64,000 bases of DNA from Planctomycetota bacterium (GCA_021776825.1 JAJFFG010000128.1:353-64352), one strand, 5' to 3'; numbered from the stretch's first letter, positions 19,017 to 28,981 are shown. The notes: generated by a model from the letters alone, not told the origin. Translations and numbers: made by a program.

Positions 19017-19763
19017 ATGAGCGACGGCGGACTGTGGTGGGAGACCTTCTTCGGCGGTCTCTGGCTCGAGGTGCAGCGCGATGCCTTCTGGCACGAGCGT
19101 GCCGACGCTGGAGCGGACTGCGTCGAGAAGGCACTCGGCCTCGAGCCCGGCGCTGCCGTGCTGGACGCGCCGTGCGGTGACGCGCGCATCGGTCGCGCAC
19201 TCGCGGCACGTGGCTACGCGGTCACGGGCATCGACCTCTGCCAGCCGCTCCTCGACGACGCCCAGCGCCTCGCCGACGACGCCGGAGTGGCGATCCGGCT
19301 CGCGCGGCACGACCTACGGGACCTCCCGTACGAGGCCGAGTTCGACGGCGTCGTCTGCTACTGGGGCAGTTTCGGGTACTTCGACGACGTCGGGAACATC
19401 GAGCAAGCCCGCGCGGCGGCGCGCGCGCTGAAGCCTGGTGGCCGCTACCTGATCGACGGGTACGTGGCCGAGTCGCTCCTCCCGAAGTTCGCCGAGCGGA
19501 GCTGGTCGCGCGCCGGTGACATCCTCCTGGCCGAGAAGCGCAACTGGGACGCCCCGCCGGGGCGCGTCGAGACGGAGTGGACGCTGATCCGGGGCGAAGT
19601 CCATGAGACGCGCCACACCTCGATCCGCATCTACACGGTGCGCGAGACGCTGCATCTGCTGGAGTCGGCTGGGTTCGGGGACGTCACGATCTACGGGGAT
19701 CGGGACCTCTCGCCGTTCGAGCTGGGATCGCCGCGCGCGGTCGTCGTCGCCACGAAGGCCTGA
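19017..19763 (+). CDS. Class I SAM-dependent methyltransferase
   Basis: ATG 19017 (MSDGGLWW). Motif I VLDAPCGDARIG, FGYFDD, post-I acidic residues. Paralogous to the MT at 46117..46884. Confidence 0.8.
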   Translation: MSDGGLWWETFFGGLWLEVQRDAFWHERADAGADCVEKALGLEPGAAVLDAPCGDARIGRALAARGYAVTGIDLCQPLLDDAQRLADDAGVAIRLARHDLRDLPYEAEFDGVVCYWGSFGYFDDVGNIEQARAAARALKPGGRYLIDGYVAESLLPKFAERSWSRAGDILLAEKRNWDAPPGRVETEWTLIRGEVHETRHTSIRIYTVRETLHLLESAGFGDVTIYGDRDLSPFELGSPRAVVVATKA

Positions 19764-19776
19764 GCAGTCCGCGCTG

Positions 19777-20451
19777 TCAGTCCGCGCCGGCGACGAGCGA
19801 GCGGATCAACTCCGGCGTCAACTCGTCGATCGAGTCGAGCACGCGGTCGGCGAGCGAGAAGTCGTTCTGCGCGGTCAACGCGTGCGGGATCGCCACGATG
19901 CGGCAGCCGGCTACGTGCGCGGCCTTCACGCCCTTCCAGGCGTCCTCGATCACGACACAGCGCTTGGGCGGCAGTCCGAGGGCGGCGGCGGCGGTGGCAA
20001 AGGCATCCGGCGCCGGCTTCGAGCTCTCGTACCGATCCCGCGTGATCAGGTCGTCGAAGTAGCCCGCGAGCCCGAACTTCTCCATCACGAACGTGACGTC
20101 GGGCTGGCGCGCGTTCGTGGCGAGCGCGATCGGAAACCGGCCCTTCAGACGCTCGAGCGCTGCCACCGCGCCAGGCATCAGCTCGACCTCGTTGCGGAGC
20201 AGTCGATGGAAGATTGGGTTCTTGCGAGAGCGGATCTCGTCGGGCGGCACAGGCAGGCCGAACGTCCGCACGGCGTATTCGGGCCCCGTGCCGGAGGCGA
20301 TCCACTCGCGGCCGTAGACCTCGGGTGTCACGGACACCCCGAACTCGGCGAGCACCTCGGAGTAGGCTCGGTAGTAGAGGTTCTCGGAGTCGATGACGAC
20401 GCCGTCGAAGTCGAACAGAACCCCGCACGCCGCGATTTCGGCCTTCGCCAA
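19777..20451 (-). CDS. HAD-superfamily hydrolase (beta-phosphoglucomutase-like subfamily)
   Basis: TTG start preceded by GGGGAGA. Motif I FDFDGVVIDSE, motif III K, motif IV GD-like. This is the C-terminal end of the long spurious ORF 19777..22869. Confidence 0.75.
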   Translation of the reverse strand: MAKAEIAACGVLFDFDGVVIDSENLYYRAYSEVLAEFGVSVTPEVYGREWIASGTGPEYAVRTFGLPVPPDEIRSRKNPIFHRLLRNEVELMPGAVAALERLKGRFPIALATNARQPDVTFVMEKFGLAGYFDDLITRDRYESSKPAPDAFATAAAALGLPPKRCVVIEDAWKGVKAAHVAGCRIVAIPHALTAQNDFSLADRVLDSIDELTPELIRSLVAGAD

Positions 20452-20565
20452 TGGACAGTCTCCCCGGTAGTGAATGAGGAACCCGGACCGGAACGATGAA
20501 GCGGTAGAGCATACGGCGGCGAAGCGCGCGGCCGTACGACCGGGCGACGAGGAGGAGACGGCGCG

Positions 20566-22653
20566 ATGTCCACGATCACGTGTCCCGGATGTGGCGGGGT
20601 CTTCCCGCTCGAAGCCGTCGCCGGCTTCGCGAGCTTCCAGTGCAGCCAGTGCGGCACCAACGTGGCGGTACCGACCGCCCAGCCAGCAGCCCCGCCGGCG
20701 ACCCCAGCTCAGAGACCCACGCAGAGGCCAGCCCAGAAGCGAGGCTCGCCGAAGCGAGCCGCGCGACAGAGCGCACAGCGTCGGACGCGAGCGGCTCCGG
20801 AACACGAGGAGCCCCTGCCGGCCGCTGAGCCGGCTCGCCGTGGACGTCAGCGGCGCGGTGACGGCGACGCCGACGACCTGGCACCGAAGGACCGCTCGCC
20901 GCCGATCGGACTCTTCATCGGCATCGGCGTCGTGGTGCTCGCCGTCGTGGCGTTCGCGCTGACGCGCGGCGACGACATCCCCGAGCCGGTGCGCATCGGC
21001 GCCGACGGAGAGCCGATCACCGCGCCGGCCGTTGCGGACAACGGAGGTCAGCCGGCCGCCGACCCGAATACCGACCCCATCGCGTGGCGCGCCCTCCCAG
21101 CTCAGTCGCGCAAGGACCGCATCACACTGCTGCTCGCCCGCGCCGACACCGAAACAGAGAGCGTGGTTCGTCAGACCGCGGACTTCCTCCGCGAGCGCGG
21201 CGAGATCGCGGCGATCGAGGACCTCGCGCGGCGCTTCCTGAAGCGCGAGCCCACGAACCCCTGGGCCGCCCAGATCGCCGGGCGCCAGGAGGTGACCGCT
21301 CTGATCGACCAGACGCTCCGCAAGTGCGAGATGGCCGACGAAGTCGGCATCGCGTCGGTCATGCGTCTGCGGGAACTGAAGCGGTCCAAGGCGGACGAGA
21401 AGGGCAAGTGGTGGGCTGAGGGCGCGGACCTCGAGGAGGTCACGAAGCTCCTGGCAGAGGTCGAGGCGGAGGAGAAGGCGCTCGAGAACGACGGCGAGTA
21501 CGGCCGCGCTCGCTGGCGCGTCTACCAGGCCTCGACCGAGCCCATCAACCAGTACCCGTTCCTCGACGCGGCCGTCGGGCCCTACCTGATCTTCGTGCAG
21601 GTCGCGGCCGAGAAGGGCACGGCACTCGAGGACTGCGATCCCGAGGCGCGGGCCAACGCCGAGAAGGTGCTGGCGAAGAGCGTGAAGCTCTTCGAGACCT
21701 TCTACGAAGGCTGGATGACCGAGTTCGCCCCGCACTTCGGGTTCGAGCGCTACGACGAGAAGAACGTCGATCACTCGACCATCCTGAAGGCGATCATCTT
21801 CGCGTCGGAGAAGGACTACGCGACGTACAACGCATCGATCGGCTCCCGCCTCGCGAGCTCGGCGCGTGCGTACTACTCGAAGCGCGAGCCCCGTTTCATC
21901 TGCAGCTATGAGGGCGGCGACGAGGAGGACGAGGCGTACACGAACCACGTGCAGGCCCACGAAGCCACGCACCAGCTCGTGCACTTCTTCACGTGGGACA
22001 CGACGCGCAAGGCGATCGGCCGCGAACCCCGCTGGCTCGACGCGCTGCACCGCCCGCTGTGGAGCACCGAGGGATTCGCCGAGTTCTTCTCGGCCTACAC
22101 GGTCGAGGGCGACACGTACTCGTGGATGCAGCCGCTCGACAACCGCATGCAACACCTGTGGATCTTCGGCGGCATCCTCGAGAAGAAGGAGTGGAAGCGC
22201 TGGCCGCTCGATCAGATCCTGCGCATCCGCCACGGCGGCGAGCTCCAGGTGCAGGGCGCCGCGCGCGCGAAGCCTGCTGAGCAGGGGATGGCCGCCAACG
22301 TGATGGCGAACCTCTTCTATGCCGAGGCGTGGAGCTTCGTGCACTTCCTGTGGTACGCCGACGCTGGCGGGGCGCCGAAGTACCGCGATCGACTCATCGA
22401 GTACTTCAAGCTGGAGTTCGAACTCGACTACGGCCAGAGGGGCAAAGAGGGCGCGCCGACGCGCAGGGGGGCGCGCGTCATGACGGATAAGCACTTCAAG
22501 CGCGTGTTCGGGCTCATGGACTCGCCCGCGAAGATGCAGGCGCTCTACGAGGAGTGGAAGGCCTTCGAGAAGGCGCTCCTCGCGAAGCACAAGTCCCCGA
22601 AGTGGGACGAAGAGAAGAAGAAGATCTACAAGAACCTCGGCCTGAAGGAGTAG
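20566..22653 (+). CDS. Zinc-ribbon (CPxCG...CSQCG), single-TM, large exported domain with HExxH...EGFA gluzincin-like (DUF1570-like) motif
   Basis: MSTITCPGCGG...FQCSQCGT. TM PIGLFIGIGVVVLAVVAFAL. HVQAHEATHQLVHF ... STEGFAEFF. Confidence 0.7.
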   Translation: MSTITCPGCGGVFPLEAVAGFASFQCSQCGTNVAVPTAQPAAPPATPAQRPTQRPAQKRGSPKRAARQSAQRRTRAAPEHEEPLPAAEPARRGRQRRGDGDADDLAPKDRSPPIGLFIGIGVVVLAVVAFALTRGDDIPEPVRIGADGEPITAPAVADNGGQPAADPNTDPIAWRALPAQSRKDRITLLLARADTETESVVRQTADFLRERGEIAAIEDLARRFLKREPTNPWAAQIAGRQEVTALIDQTLRKCEMADEVGIASVMRLRELKRSKADEKGKWWAEGADLEEVTKLLAEVEAEEKALENDGEYGRARWRVYQASTEPINQYPFLDAAVGPYLIFVQVAAEKGTALEDCDPEARANAEKVLAKSVKLFETFYEGWMTEFAPHFGFERYDEKNVDHSTILKAIIFASEKDYATYNASIGSRLASSARAYYSKREPRFICSYEGGDEEDEAYTNHVQAHEATHQLVHFFTWDTTRKAIGREPRWLDALHRPLWSTEGFAEFFSAYTVEGDTYSWMQPLDNRMQHLWIFGGILEKKEWKRWPLDQILRIRHGGELQVQGAARAKPAEQGMAANVMANLFYAEAWSFVHFLWYADAGGAPKYRDRLIEYFKLEFELDYGQRGKEGAPTRRGARVMTDKHFKRVFGLMDSPAKMQALYEEWKAFEKALLAKHKSPKWDEEKKKIYKNLGLKE

Positions 22654-22733
22654 CGGGCGGCGCCCTGCGAGCGGCGCGAACTGCGCAACCCGGCGTCCCC
22701 GGTGCGGTTCCACCTCCCCATGGAGGCGACACG

Positions 22734-23201
22734 ATGACTCGTTCGGAGCCCGGCGGTTACACGCGGACGCAGCGCGGCATCTTCCACTGGCTCCTGATCC
22801 TGGCCGGGATCGCCATCGCTGTGCCGGCGGTCGTGATCTCCGACGAGAACCCGCTCGTGCTCGTGGCACTCCTCGTGCCGGCGCTCTTCCTCCTCATCTC
22901 GGCCTGCTTCGCGCGCCTGACCGTGCGAGACGACGGCGACGCGCTCGAGATCGCGTTCGGGCCGCTCGAGCTCTTCCGACGCCGCGTGCCCTACGCGGAC
23001 ATCGAGACCGCGACCCGCGATCGTTCGATCCTGCTCGAGGGCTGGGGCATCCACTACATCCCCGGTCGCGGCGGCTGGATCTGGAACATCCACGGGTTCG
23101 ACTGCGTCCGGCTCTCGCTGCGAGGCGGCAAGCTCCTGCGCGTCGGGACAGGTGATCCCGACGGACTCGCCGCGTTCGTGCAGTCTCGGCTCCCGGGCTG
23201 A
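22734..23201 (+). CDS. Small membrane protein with 2 TM helices and a PH-like C-terminal domain (hypothetical)
   Basis: GGAGG 7 nt upstream of ATG 22734. Hydrophobic helices FHWLLILAGIAIAVPAVVI and LVLVALLVPALFLLISACF. Confidence 0.5.
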   Translation: MTRSEPGGYTRTQRGIFHWLLILAGIAIAVPAVVISDENPLVLVALLVPALFLLISACFARLTVRDDGDALEIAFGPLELFRRRVPYADIETATRDRSILLEGWGIHYIPGRGGWIWNIHGFDCVRLSLRGGKLLRVGTGDPDGLAAFVQSRLPG

Positions 23202-23310
23202 GCGTCACCTGGCCAGGCCGGGCGGGGCGGGGCGGGGCGGGCGGTCCTGGCCGAGGTGGTTCTGGGCCCGGCGGTCCCGGGCCGGATGGGCGTCTCTCGC
23301 CGCGCGACTC

Positions 23311-23652
23311 CTACGGCGCGGGGGCGAGGGCGGCGATCACGAGCAACCGCTCCGCTCCGGTGTTCCGGATGCCGTGCGGAGTCCCAGAGGGTGCCACCAG
23401 GAGCGTCCCGGCCGACATGGGCTCTTCGCGCCCCTCGAGCAGGAACGCCCCCTCGCCGCTGACCACGACGTAGAGCTTGTCCATGCCCTCGTGGGCGTGG
23501 AGCGCGTGTGACTGGCCCGGCTCGAACGCGTTGAGCCCGACCAGCAGACGCTCGCTCTTGAAGAGCGTGGCCTTGCCCATCTTGTCCGGCCGATAGACCG
23601 CGTGGTCCTCGGGTCGCCGTGGCGTCGGGTGCTCCATCTCGTTCTCCTCCAA
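23311..23652 (-). CDS. Cupin-domain protein
   Basis: HAHEGMDKLYVVVSGEG...GTPHGIRNTG cupin_2 motifs. Alternative start at 23637. Confidence 0.7.
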   Translation of the reverse strand: MEENEMEHPTPRRPEDHAVYRPDKMGKATLFKSERLLVGLNAFEPGQSHALHAHEGMDKLYVVVSGEGAFLLEGREEPMSAGTLLVAPSGTPHGIRNTGAERLLVIAALAPAP

Positions 23653-24062
23653 ACCGCTCGCCCGAGGCTACGCCGGGCCGGACCGCGGGCTCACACCAGA
23701 TCACGCCACCCCGCGCCAGCACCCCTACGCCGAGCCCGGCGGGCCCATCCCCCGCCTCCACCTCCTGTCGCCGCAGAATCCGCCCGGAGCCGGACCCCAA
23801 CCGTCCCGCGGCACGTGTCGTGCCGCGGCGCGTCGCACCGGTGAAGGCTCTCCAGCAGCGCGCGCGCACCGCCGGACTGCCGCCTGGTAAGAGAAGGACG
23901 CGTGAGATCGCCGAAGGTTACAGCGACCCCAGTCTCGTACCTTGGTCTCGTACCTTGGTCCCCTACCCGGGCCCGGTTCGGCGGGGTAGACTCCAGTTTC
24001 ACGTCGCACCGGCACCTCGCACCGGCAGCGTGAGGGAGACCGCCCGTCGCAGGAGGATGAGG

Positions 24063-25271
24063 ATGACCCGACCGCACCCCAATCGACTCCACCGTGCCGC
24101 AGGACTGCGTCGCCGCGACTTCCTCCGGACGTCCGCGATCGCCGGTGCTGGAGCCGTGGCCGGCGGGACGCTCCTCGGTCACGCCGCCGAAGCAGCGGCG
24201 GCGGGCAAGCGCGTCTACAAGACGAAGCACGTCATCCTGGTCGCCTTCGCTGGCGGTGTGCGCAGCCGCGAGTGCATCGGGACGATGTCGAACATCCCGA
24301 ACATGGCGGCCATCGCCGAGAGTGGCGTGGTCTGCCCCAACGTGCGGGCGGCGAACCTCGGTCACTACGGCGCCGCGCTCGCCATCTTCACCGGCTGCCC
24401 CGAGGCCCGCGGCATCCGCGAGAACGCCCGCGGCCCGCGGCCGACCATCTTCGAGTACCTGCGCAAGGATGCGGGACTGTCGGCGGACCAGGTGTGGCTC
24501 TCGACGACTGCCGGCGCCCAGACCCTGAATTACGCCTACAGCAACAACGACGACTACGGCGCGGCGTACGGCGCCAATCTCATCAGCACGGACGGCCTGT
24601 TCAACGCCGAGTTCCGGGATCTGATCGGCAAGTTCGGGCGCGCATCGCTGCCGAGCGACGAGGAGTCGAAGCGAGTCGAGCGGCTCATGAAGTCGCTCGA
24701 CGAGACCTGGGTGAAGAACGTCCGCGATCCGAAGTTCGCGAACAACCCCGAGACGCAGCTGCGCATCCAGCGCTACATCCTCGAGGAACTCCGCGGCGAC
24801 ACGGCGCGGATCACCGGACCGGGCGCCGGCGACGCCAAGTCGATCCGGGTCGCCCGCAATCTACTGCGGCTGTTCCGGCCGAAGCTGATCTCGATCGTCC
24901 TGCAGAACGCCGACACCGCCCACGGCAGCTACAACGGCTACGTCGACGTCATCCGCCGGAACGACCAGGAGCTCGGACTGCTCTGGCAGTCGGTCCAGGC
25001 CGATCCCGAGCTGCGGGACTCGACCTCGATCTTCATCCTGCCGGAGTTCGGGCGTGACGCGAACCTGAACGAGCGCAACGGCCTCGATCACGGGGACGGC
25101 TCCGAGGATCTCCGCAAGGTGTTCCTGATCGCCGCCGGACCGGACTTCAAGTCGGGCAAGACCATCGCCAAGCCGCTCGACTCGTTCGACGTCTGTCCGA
25201 CGATCGCCCAGATCTTCTCGACAGATCCCGACGAAGCGCGCGGCAAGGCCATGAAGGCCCTCTTCGTCTAG
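24063..25271 (+). CDS. Tat-exported DUF1501-family (sulfatase/alkaline-phosphatase-superfamily-like) protein
   Basis: AGGAGG N6 ATG. Twin-arginine motif RRDFLRTSAIAGAGAVA. C-terminal EFGRD...NGLDHGDG signature typical of DUF1501. Confidence 0.7.
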   Translation: MTRPHPNRLHRAAGLRRRDFLRTSAIAGAGAVAGGTLLGHAAEAAAAGKRVYKTKHVILVAFAGGVRSRECIGTMSNIPNMAAIAESGVVCPNVRAANLGHYGAALAIFTGCPEARGIRENARGPRPTIFEYLRKDAGLSADQVWLSTTAGAQTLNYAYSNNDDYGAAYGANLISTDGLFNAEFRDLIGKFGRASLPSDEESKRVERLMKSLDETWVKNVRDPKFANNPETQLRIQRYILEELRGDTARITGPGAGDAKSIRVARNLLRLFRPKLISIVLQNADTAHGSYNGYVDVIRRNDQELGLLWQSVQADPELRDSTSIFILPEFGRDANLNERNGLDHGDGSEDLRKVFLIAAGPDFKSGKTIAKPLDSFDVCPTIAQIFSTDPDEARGKAMKALFV

Positions 25272-25274
25272 CCC

Positions 25275-28208
25275 GTGCTGCGCGGCGGCCGCGTCGCCCT
25301 CGCCCTCGTGTTGGCCGCCGCGTTCGCGTGGGCGACCGCCGCAGTCGTGGCCCCTCGGGTCCTCGGGGGCGCCGAGGACGACATGCCGCGCGCGCCGGGC
25401 AACGGGACGTGCGGCACGTGTCACGAGGGACTCGAGGACATGCATCCGTCCTCGCCCGTGACGTGCGTGCAGTGCCACGGCGGCGACGCCACCCAAGGCG
25501 ACATGACGAAGGCGCACGTGACGCCCAGATCACGAGTCCCGGGTGACGAGCGCACGCTCGGCCAGTCATTCGATCCGGAGTATCTACGCTTCCGCGACCC
25601 GGGCGACCTGCGTGCAGCGCCGACGTCCTGCGGCCCGTGTCACCAGCGTGCCGTCTACGACGTGCGCCACTCGCTGCACGCGTCGACGGCCGGTCACCTC
25701 GGGGACGGCCTCTACGAGAACGGCGTCGTCGATCGCAAGGGCCCCGCATTCTCGGTGTTCCCGGTGCGCGACGAACTCCCGCCGGACCTCGAGCGCCCCG
25801 AGGGGGCCGTACCGTTCCTCAAGCAGATCCCCGGGTTCCGCACCGGCGGCGATCCGATGCGCGTCTCGACGCACTTCACAGATCTTCCCCGCAAGACGTG
25901 CATGCAGTGCCACCTCTGGTCTCGTGGCCGCGCCGTGCGCGGACGAGCCGGCATGGACGGTGACTACCGCGGCGAGGGCTGCTCAGCGTGTCACGTGCCG
26001 TACGCCGACGACGGCCTGTCGCTCTCCCGTGACCGCACCATCGACAAGTACGAGCCGGGTCACCCGAAGGAGCACCGAATGGTGCGCTTCCCCGAGACGA
26101 GCACGTGCACGCGCTGTCACTACGGGGATGCGTCGATCGGACTCTCGTTCCGCGGGCTCGCCCAACCCGTCCCCGGGATGCCGCAGTCACCCGACGCGCC
26201 TGGCCTGCATCGCAAGCGCCTGAACGGCGTCTACTACATCGACGATCCCGCCTCGACGCCCGCTGACGTCCATCACCAGCGAGGGATGCACTGCGTCGAC
26301 TGCCACACGCGCAACGACACGATGGGTGACGGGTTCCTCTACACGCGGATGGAGGATGCGACCGAAATCCAATGTCAATCGTGTCACGGTGATTGGACGG
26401 CGTACGCGACGGGACTCACGCGAAAGGGATCGCGTCTTCCGCACCTCGAGATGACCGATGGGAAGGTCTTCTTGAAGAGTCGCGTCACCGGCAAACGGCA
26501 TCGAGTCAAGCAGGCGCGCGACGTCGTTCGGCCCGGTAGCGACGACTTCAACGCGAGCGCCGCGATGGCGATGACCGGCGACCACGGCAATCTCGAGTGC
26601 TACACGTGCCACAGCGGCTGGAACCCGAACTTCTTCGGCTTCCACTTCGACCGAAACGAAGCATTCACTCAGCTCGACGTCCTGTCCGGCAATCGCACGA
26701 CCGGGCGCGTCACGACGCAGGAGAAGGTGTTCTCCACGTTCAAGCACTTCTACCTGGGCTGGAACAGTCACGGGCGGATCGCGCCCTACATGGTCGGCTT
26801 CTCGAGCATGGCGACGGTGCACGACGACGAGAACGAGTTGCTGCTCGATCAGGCTCTCCCGACGACTCGAGCGGGTCTGTCGGGGATGACGATGATCCAC
26901 CACCAGACGCACACGACGACGGCGCGGGCGCGCGAGTGCGTCGAGTGTCATCGCTCGCCGACGACCTACGGCCGCGGGAGCGTGAACTTCCGGCTGACGC
27001 GGGACTTCATGTACGCCGTCGGCAACCAGGGTGTCCGCGCCATCAGCCTGGACCGCAAGAACCCCGGGAACTCGGCGCTGCTCGCGTCGATCGCGATCGA
27101 GGAGGCGCGGACGGTTGCGATCGACCTCGACAAGACGACGGGCTACGCGAAGACGCTCTTCGTCGGCTCGCGCGTCGAAGGGCTGATCGCCGTGTCCTGC
27201 ACGATCCCCGGCTTCCCACGCGTGATCTCGCGGGAGAAGGACGCGTTCGATGACCCGCGGCGCATGCTGTTCGCCGATGGCACGCTCTACGTCGCCGAGG
27301 GGCTCGACGGCGTCCGCGTGTTCGATGTCGGCAATCCGTCGCGGCCGCGAGAGATCGCCCACGTGGCCGACTTCCCGGCGTTCGATCTACACCTCGACGG
27401 GACGACGCTCTACGTGGCCGCCGGCACGAAGGGGCTGATCGCACTCGACGTCCGTACCCCGAGCGAACCGACATCCGTCAGCGCCGGCTTCGACCTGAAC
27501 GGCGGGAGCACGACGACGGTCGACGTGCGGAACGTCTCGCTGCTGTTCCAATACAGCCGCCCGAATGCCGAGCAGACGGAGAAGCGGCGCACGCGGGCTC
27601 GCAACCTGGCCGTAGTCGGCACTCTGCGCCGCGGGCTGTGGCTCGTCGACCTCACGGAGCCCAAGCGACCGAGCGTGATCATGCAGGTCGGAAACGGCCT
27701 TGTGAGCGACGTCGCGATGGGCACGATCTACGAACTCGGCAGCGAGGGCGGCGCGATCCCGACGCAGGAACGCGACTTCGTGTTCGCCATCAATAACAAC
27801 GCGCTGGCGCTGGTCGACGTGACCGACCCGACCGCTCCACAGTTCAAGGGAGCGGTGGGCATCGCCGCCGGTGCACGCAGCCTGCGGGTAGCGCGGATCT
27901 ACAACCCTCCGTTCCTGCAGACCATGGTGATCGTCACCGGCAACGCCGGCGTACAGATCATCGACGTGACCCGCCCGACCAAGCCTGAGATCGTCGCGAC
28001 ACTCAACACCGCGATCGAGTCGTTCGACCTAGCGCTGGAGGAGTTCCCACTCGACCGCACCGTGGACTCCACCGGAGCGCCTATCATGGACGTCAGCCAC
28101 GCCGACGCACGGTGGCTGAGTCAGGCAGAGTTCCTCCGCGTGATGAGTGTCCCCGTGCTCGACTTCGCTCTGCCGCCACCGCGGCGAAAGACAGGAGACG
28201 ATCGATGA
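25275..28208 (+). CDS. Decaheme c-type cytochrome with a C-terminal LVIVD-repeat beta-propeller; signal-anchored
   Basis: GTG 4 nt after the DUF1501 stop. Ten CxxCH motifs: CGTCH, CVQCH, CGPCH, CMQCH, CSACH, CTRCH, CVDCH, CQSCH, CYTCH, CVECH. Five or more LVIVD-like blades: LYVAEGLDGVRVFDV, LYVAAGTKGLIALDV, LWLVDLT, LALVDVT, VQIIDVT. Confidence 0.85.
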   Translation: MLRGGRVALALVLAAAFAWATAAVVAPRVLGGAEDDMPRAPGNGTCGTCHEGLEDMHPSSPVTCVQCHGGDATQGDMTKAHVTPRSRVPGDERTLGQSFDPEYLRFRDPGDLRAAPTSCGPCHQRAVYDVRHSLHASTAGHLGDGLYENGVVDRKGPAFSVFPVRDELPPDLERPEGAVPFLKQIPGFRTGGDPMRVSTHFTDLPRKTCMQCHLWSRGRAVRGRAGMDGDYRGEGCSACHVPYADDGLSLSRDRTIDKYEPGHPKEHRMVRFPETSTCTRCHYGDASIGLSFRGLAQPVPGMPQSPDAPGLHRKRLNGVYYIDDPASTPADVHHQRGMHCVDCHTRNDTMGDGFLYTRMEDATEIQCQSCHGDWTAYATGLTRKGSRLPHLEMTDGKVFLKSRVTGKRHRVKQARDVVRPGSDDFNASAAMAMTGDHGNLECYTCHSGWNPNFFGFHFDRNEAFTQLDVLSGNRTTGRVTTQEKVFSTFKHFYLGWNSHGRIAPYMVGFSSMATVHDDENELLLDQALPTTRAGLSGMTMIHHQTHTTTARARECVECHRSPTTYGRGSVNFRLTRDFMYAVGNQGVRAISLDRKNPGNSALLASIAIEEARTVAIDLDKTTGYAKTLFVGSRVEGLIAVSCTIPGFPRVISREKDAFDDPRRMLFADGTLYVAEGLDGVRVFDVGNPSRPREIAHVADFPAFDLHLDGTTLYVAAGTKGLIALDVRTPSEPTSVSAGFDLNGGSTTTVDVRNVSLLFQYSRPNAEQTEKRRTRARNLAVVGTLRRGLWLVDLTEPKRPSVIMQVGNGLVSDVAMGTIYELGSEGGAIPTQERDFVFAINNNALALVDVTDPTAPQFKGAVGIAAGARSLRVARIYNPPFLQTMVIVTGNAGVQIIDVTRPTKPEIVATLNTAIESFDLALEEFPLDRTVDSTGAPIMDVSHADARWLSQAEFLRVMSVPVLDFALPPPRRKTGDDR

Positions 28209-28981
28209 TGCGCACCTCTCTCGTAGCCCTTGCAGTGCTGCTCATGGCCAGCGGGACCGGCCTCGCCGCCTCCGAGTACGAGAAGCAGCTCACCGAGCGC
28301 TTTGCCAAAGTCGACAAGAACCGCGACGGCGCGCTGCGTGGCGCGGAGCTCCCGGAGAAGTGGGTCGATCGGTTCGATCGCAACGGCGACGAGAAGATCA
28401 CGAAGCGCGAGTTCATGGTGGTCATGACGCGACCCGAGGGTCTGCGTCGACTGTTCGTGCTGCGCGATACACGTGCTCGTGCCCGCAACTCATTGAACTT
28501 CGATCAGGACAAGAATGGCGTCGTCTCCGAGGAGGAGTACCCCGGCGACCGCAACGTGTTTCGCAAGGCGGACCGCGATCGCGATGGCTCACTCGAATGG
28601 AAGGAGCTCCTGCGACTCGCGGACTCTGAGCTGGACGACATCCGCAAGCGAATGAAGAACCCGACACGTTACGAGATGATGAACCTGTTCGATTTGAACT
28701 ACGACCGCAAGGTCACGTCGAATGAGTACGACGGCCCGACCAAGGCATTCAAGAAGTACGACACGAACAACGACGGCACGGTCGGCTACTACGAGGTCTA
28801 CCCCGATCGCATGGAACGGGAGATGCCGAAGCCGAAGCCCGAGGATCTCAACGTGCTGAAGGCGATGGATCAGAACGACGACGGTCGTGTTTCGCGCAAG
28901 GAGTGGAAGGGAACCGCGTCGGCATGGCGGCGTCTCGACCGCAACGACGACGGCTGGATCACGCTCGCCGACGCGCGCTGA
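28205..28981 (+). CDS. Secreted calcium-binding protein with 8 EF-hand loops
   Basis: ATGATGA overlaps the cytochrome stop. Signal MMRTSLVALAVLLMASGTGLAA. Loops DKNRDGAL, DRNGDEKI, DQDKNGVV, DRDRDGSL, DLNYDRKV, DTNNDGTV, DQNDDGRV, DRNDDGWI. Confidence 0.85.
   Translation: MMRTSLVALAVLLMASGTGLAASEYEKQLTERFAKVDKNRDGALRGAELPEKWVDRFDRNGDEKITKREFMVVMTRPEGLRRLFVLRDTRARARNSLNFDQDKNGVVSEEEYPGDRNVFRKADRDRDGSLEWKELLRLADSELDDIRKRMKNPTRYEMMNLFDLNYDRKVTSNEYDGPTKAFKKYDTNNDGTVGYYEVYPDRMEREMPKPKPEDLNVLKAMDQNDDGRVSRKEWKGTASAWRRLDRNDDGWITLADAR

Noticed and set aside
20452-22869. Upstream 800 aa of the 1030-aa minus-strand ORF 19777..22869
   Set aside because: Only the last 225 aa (the HAD hydrolase) carry recognisable motifs. 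The remainder is antisense to the coherent zinc-ribbon/HExxH gene at 20566-22653 and is low-complexity R/L/E/A.
23205-23300. GGGCGG-type short repeats, a possible CRISPR-like or Sp1-like array
   Set aside because: Only four irregular GC hexamer iterations with no spacer structure. This sits between convergent gene ends and is most simply a GC-rich terminator/spacer.
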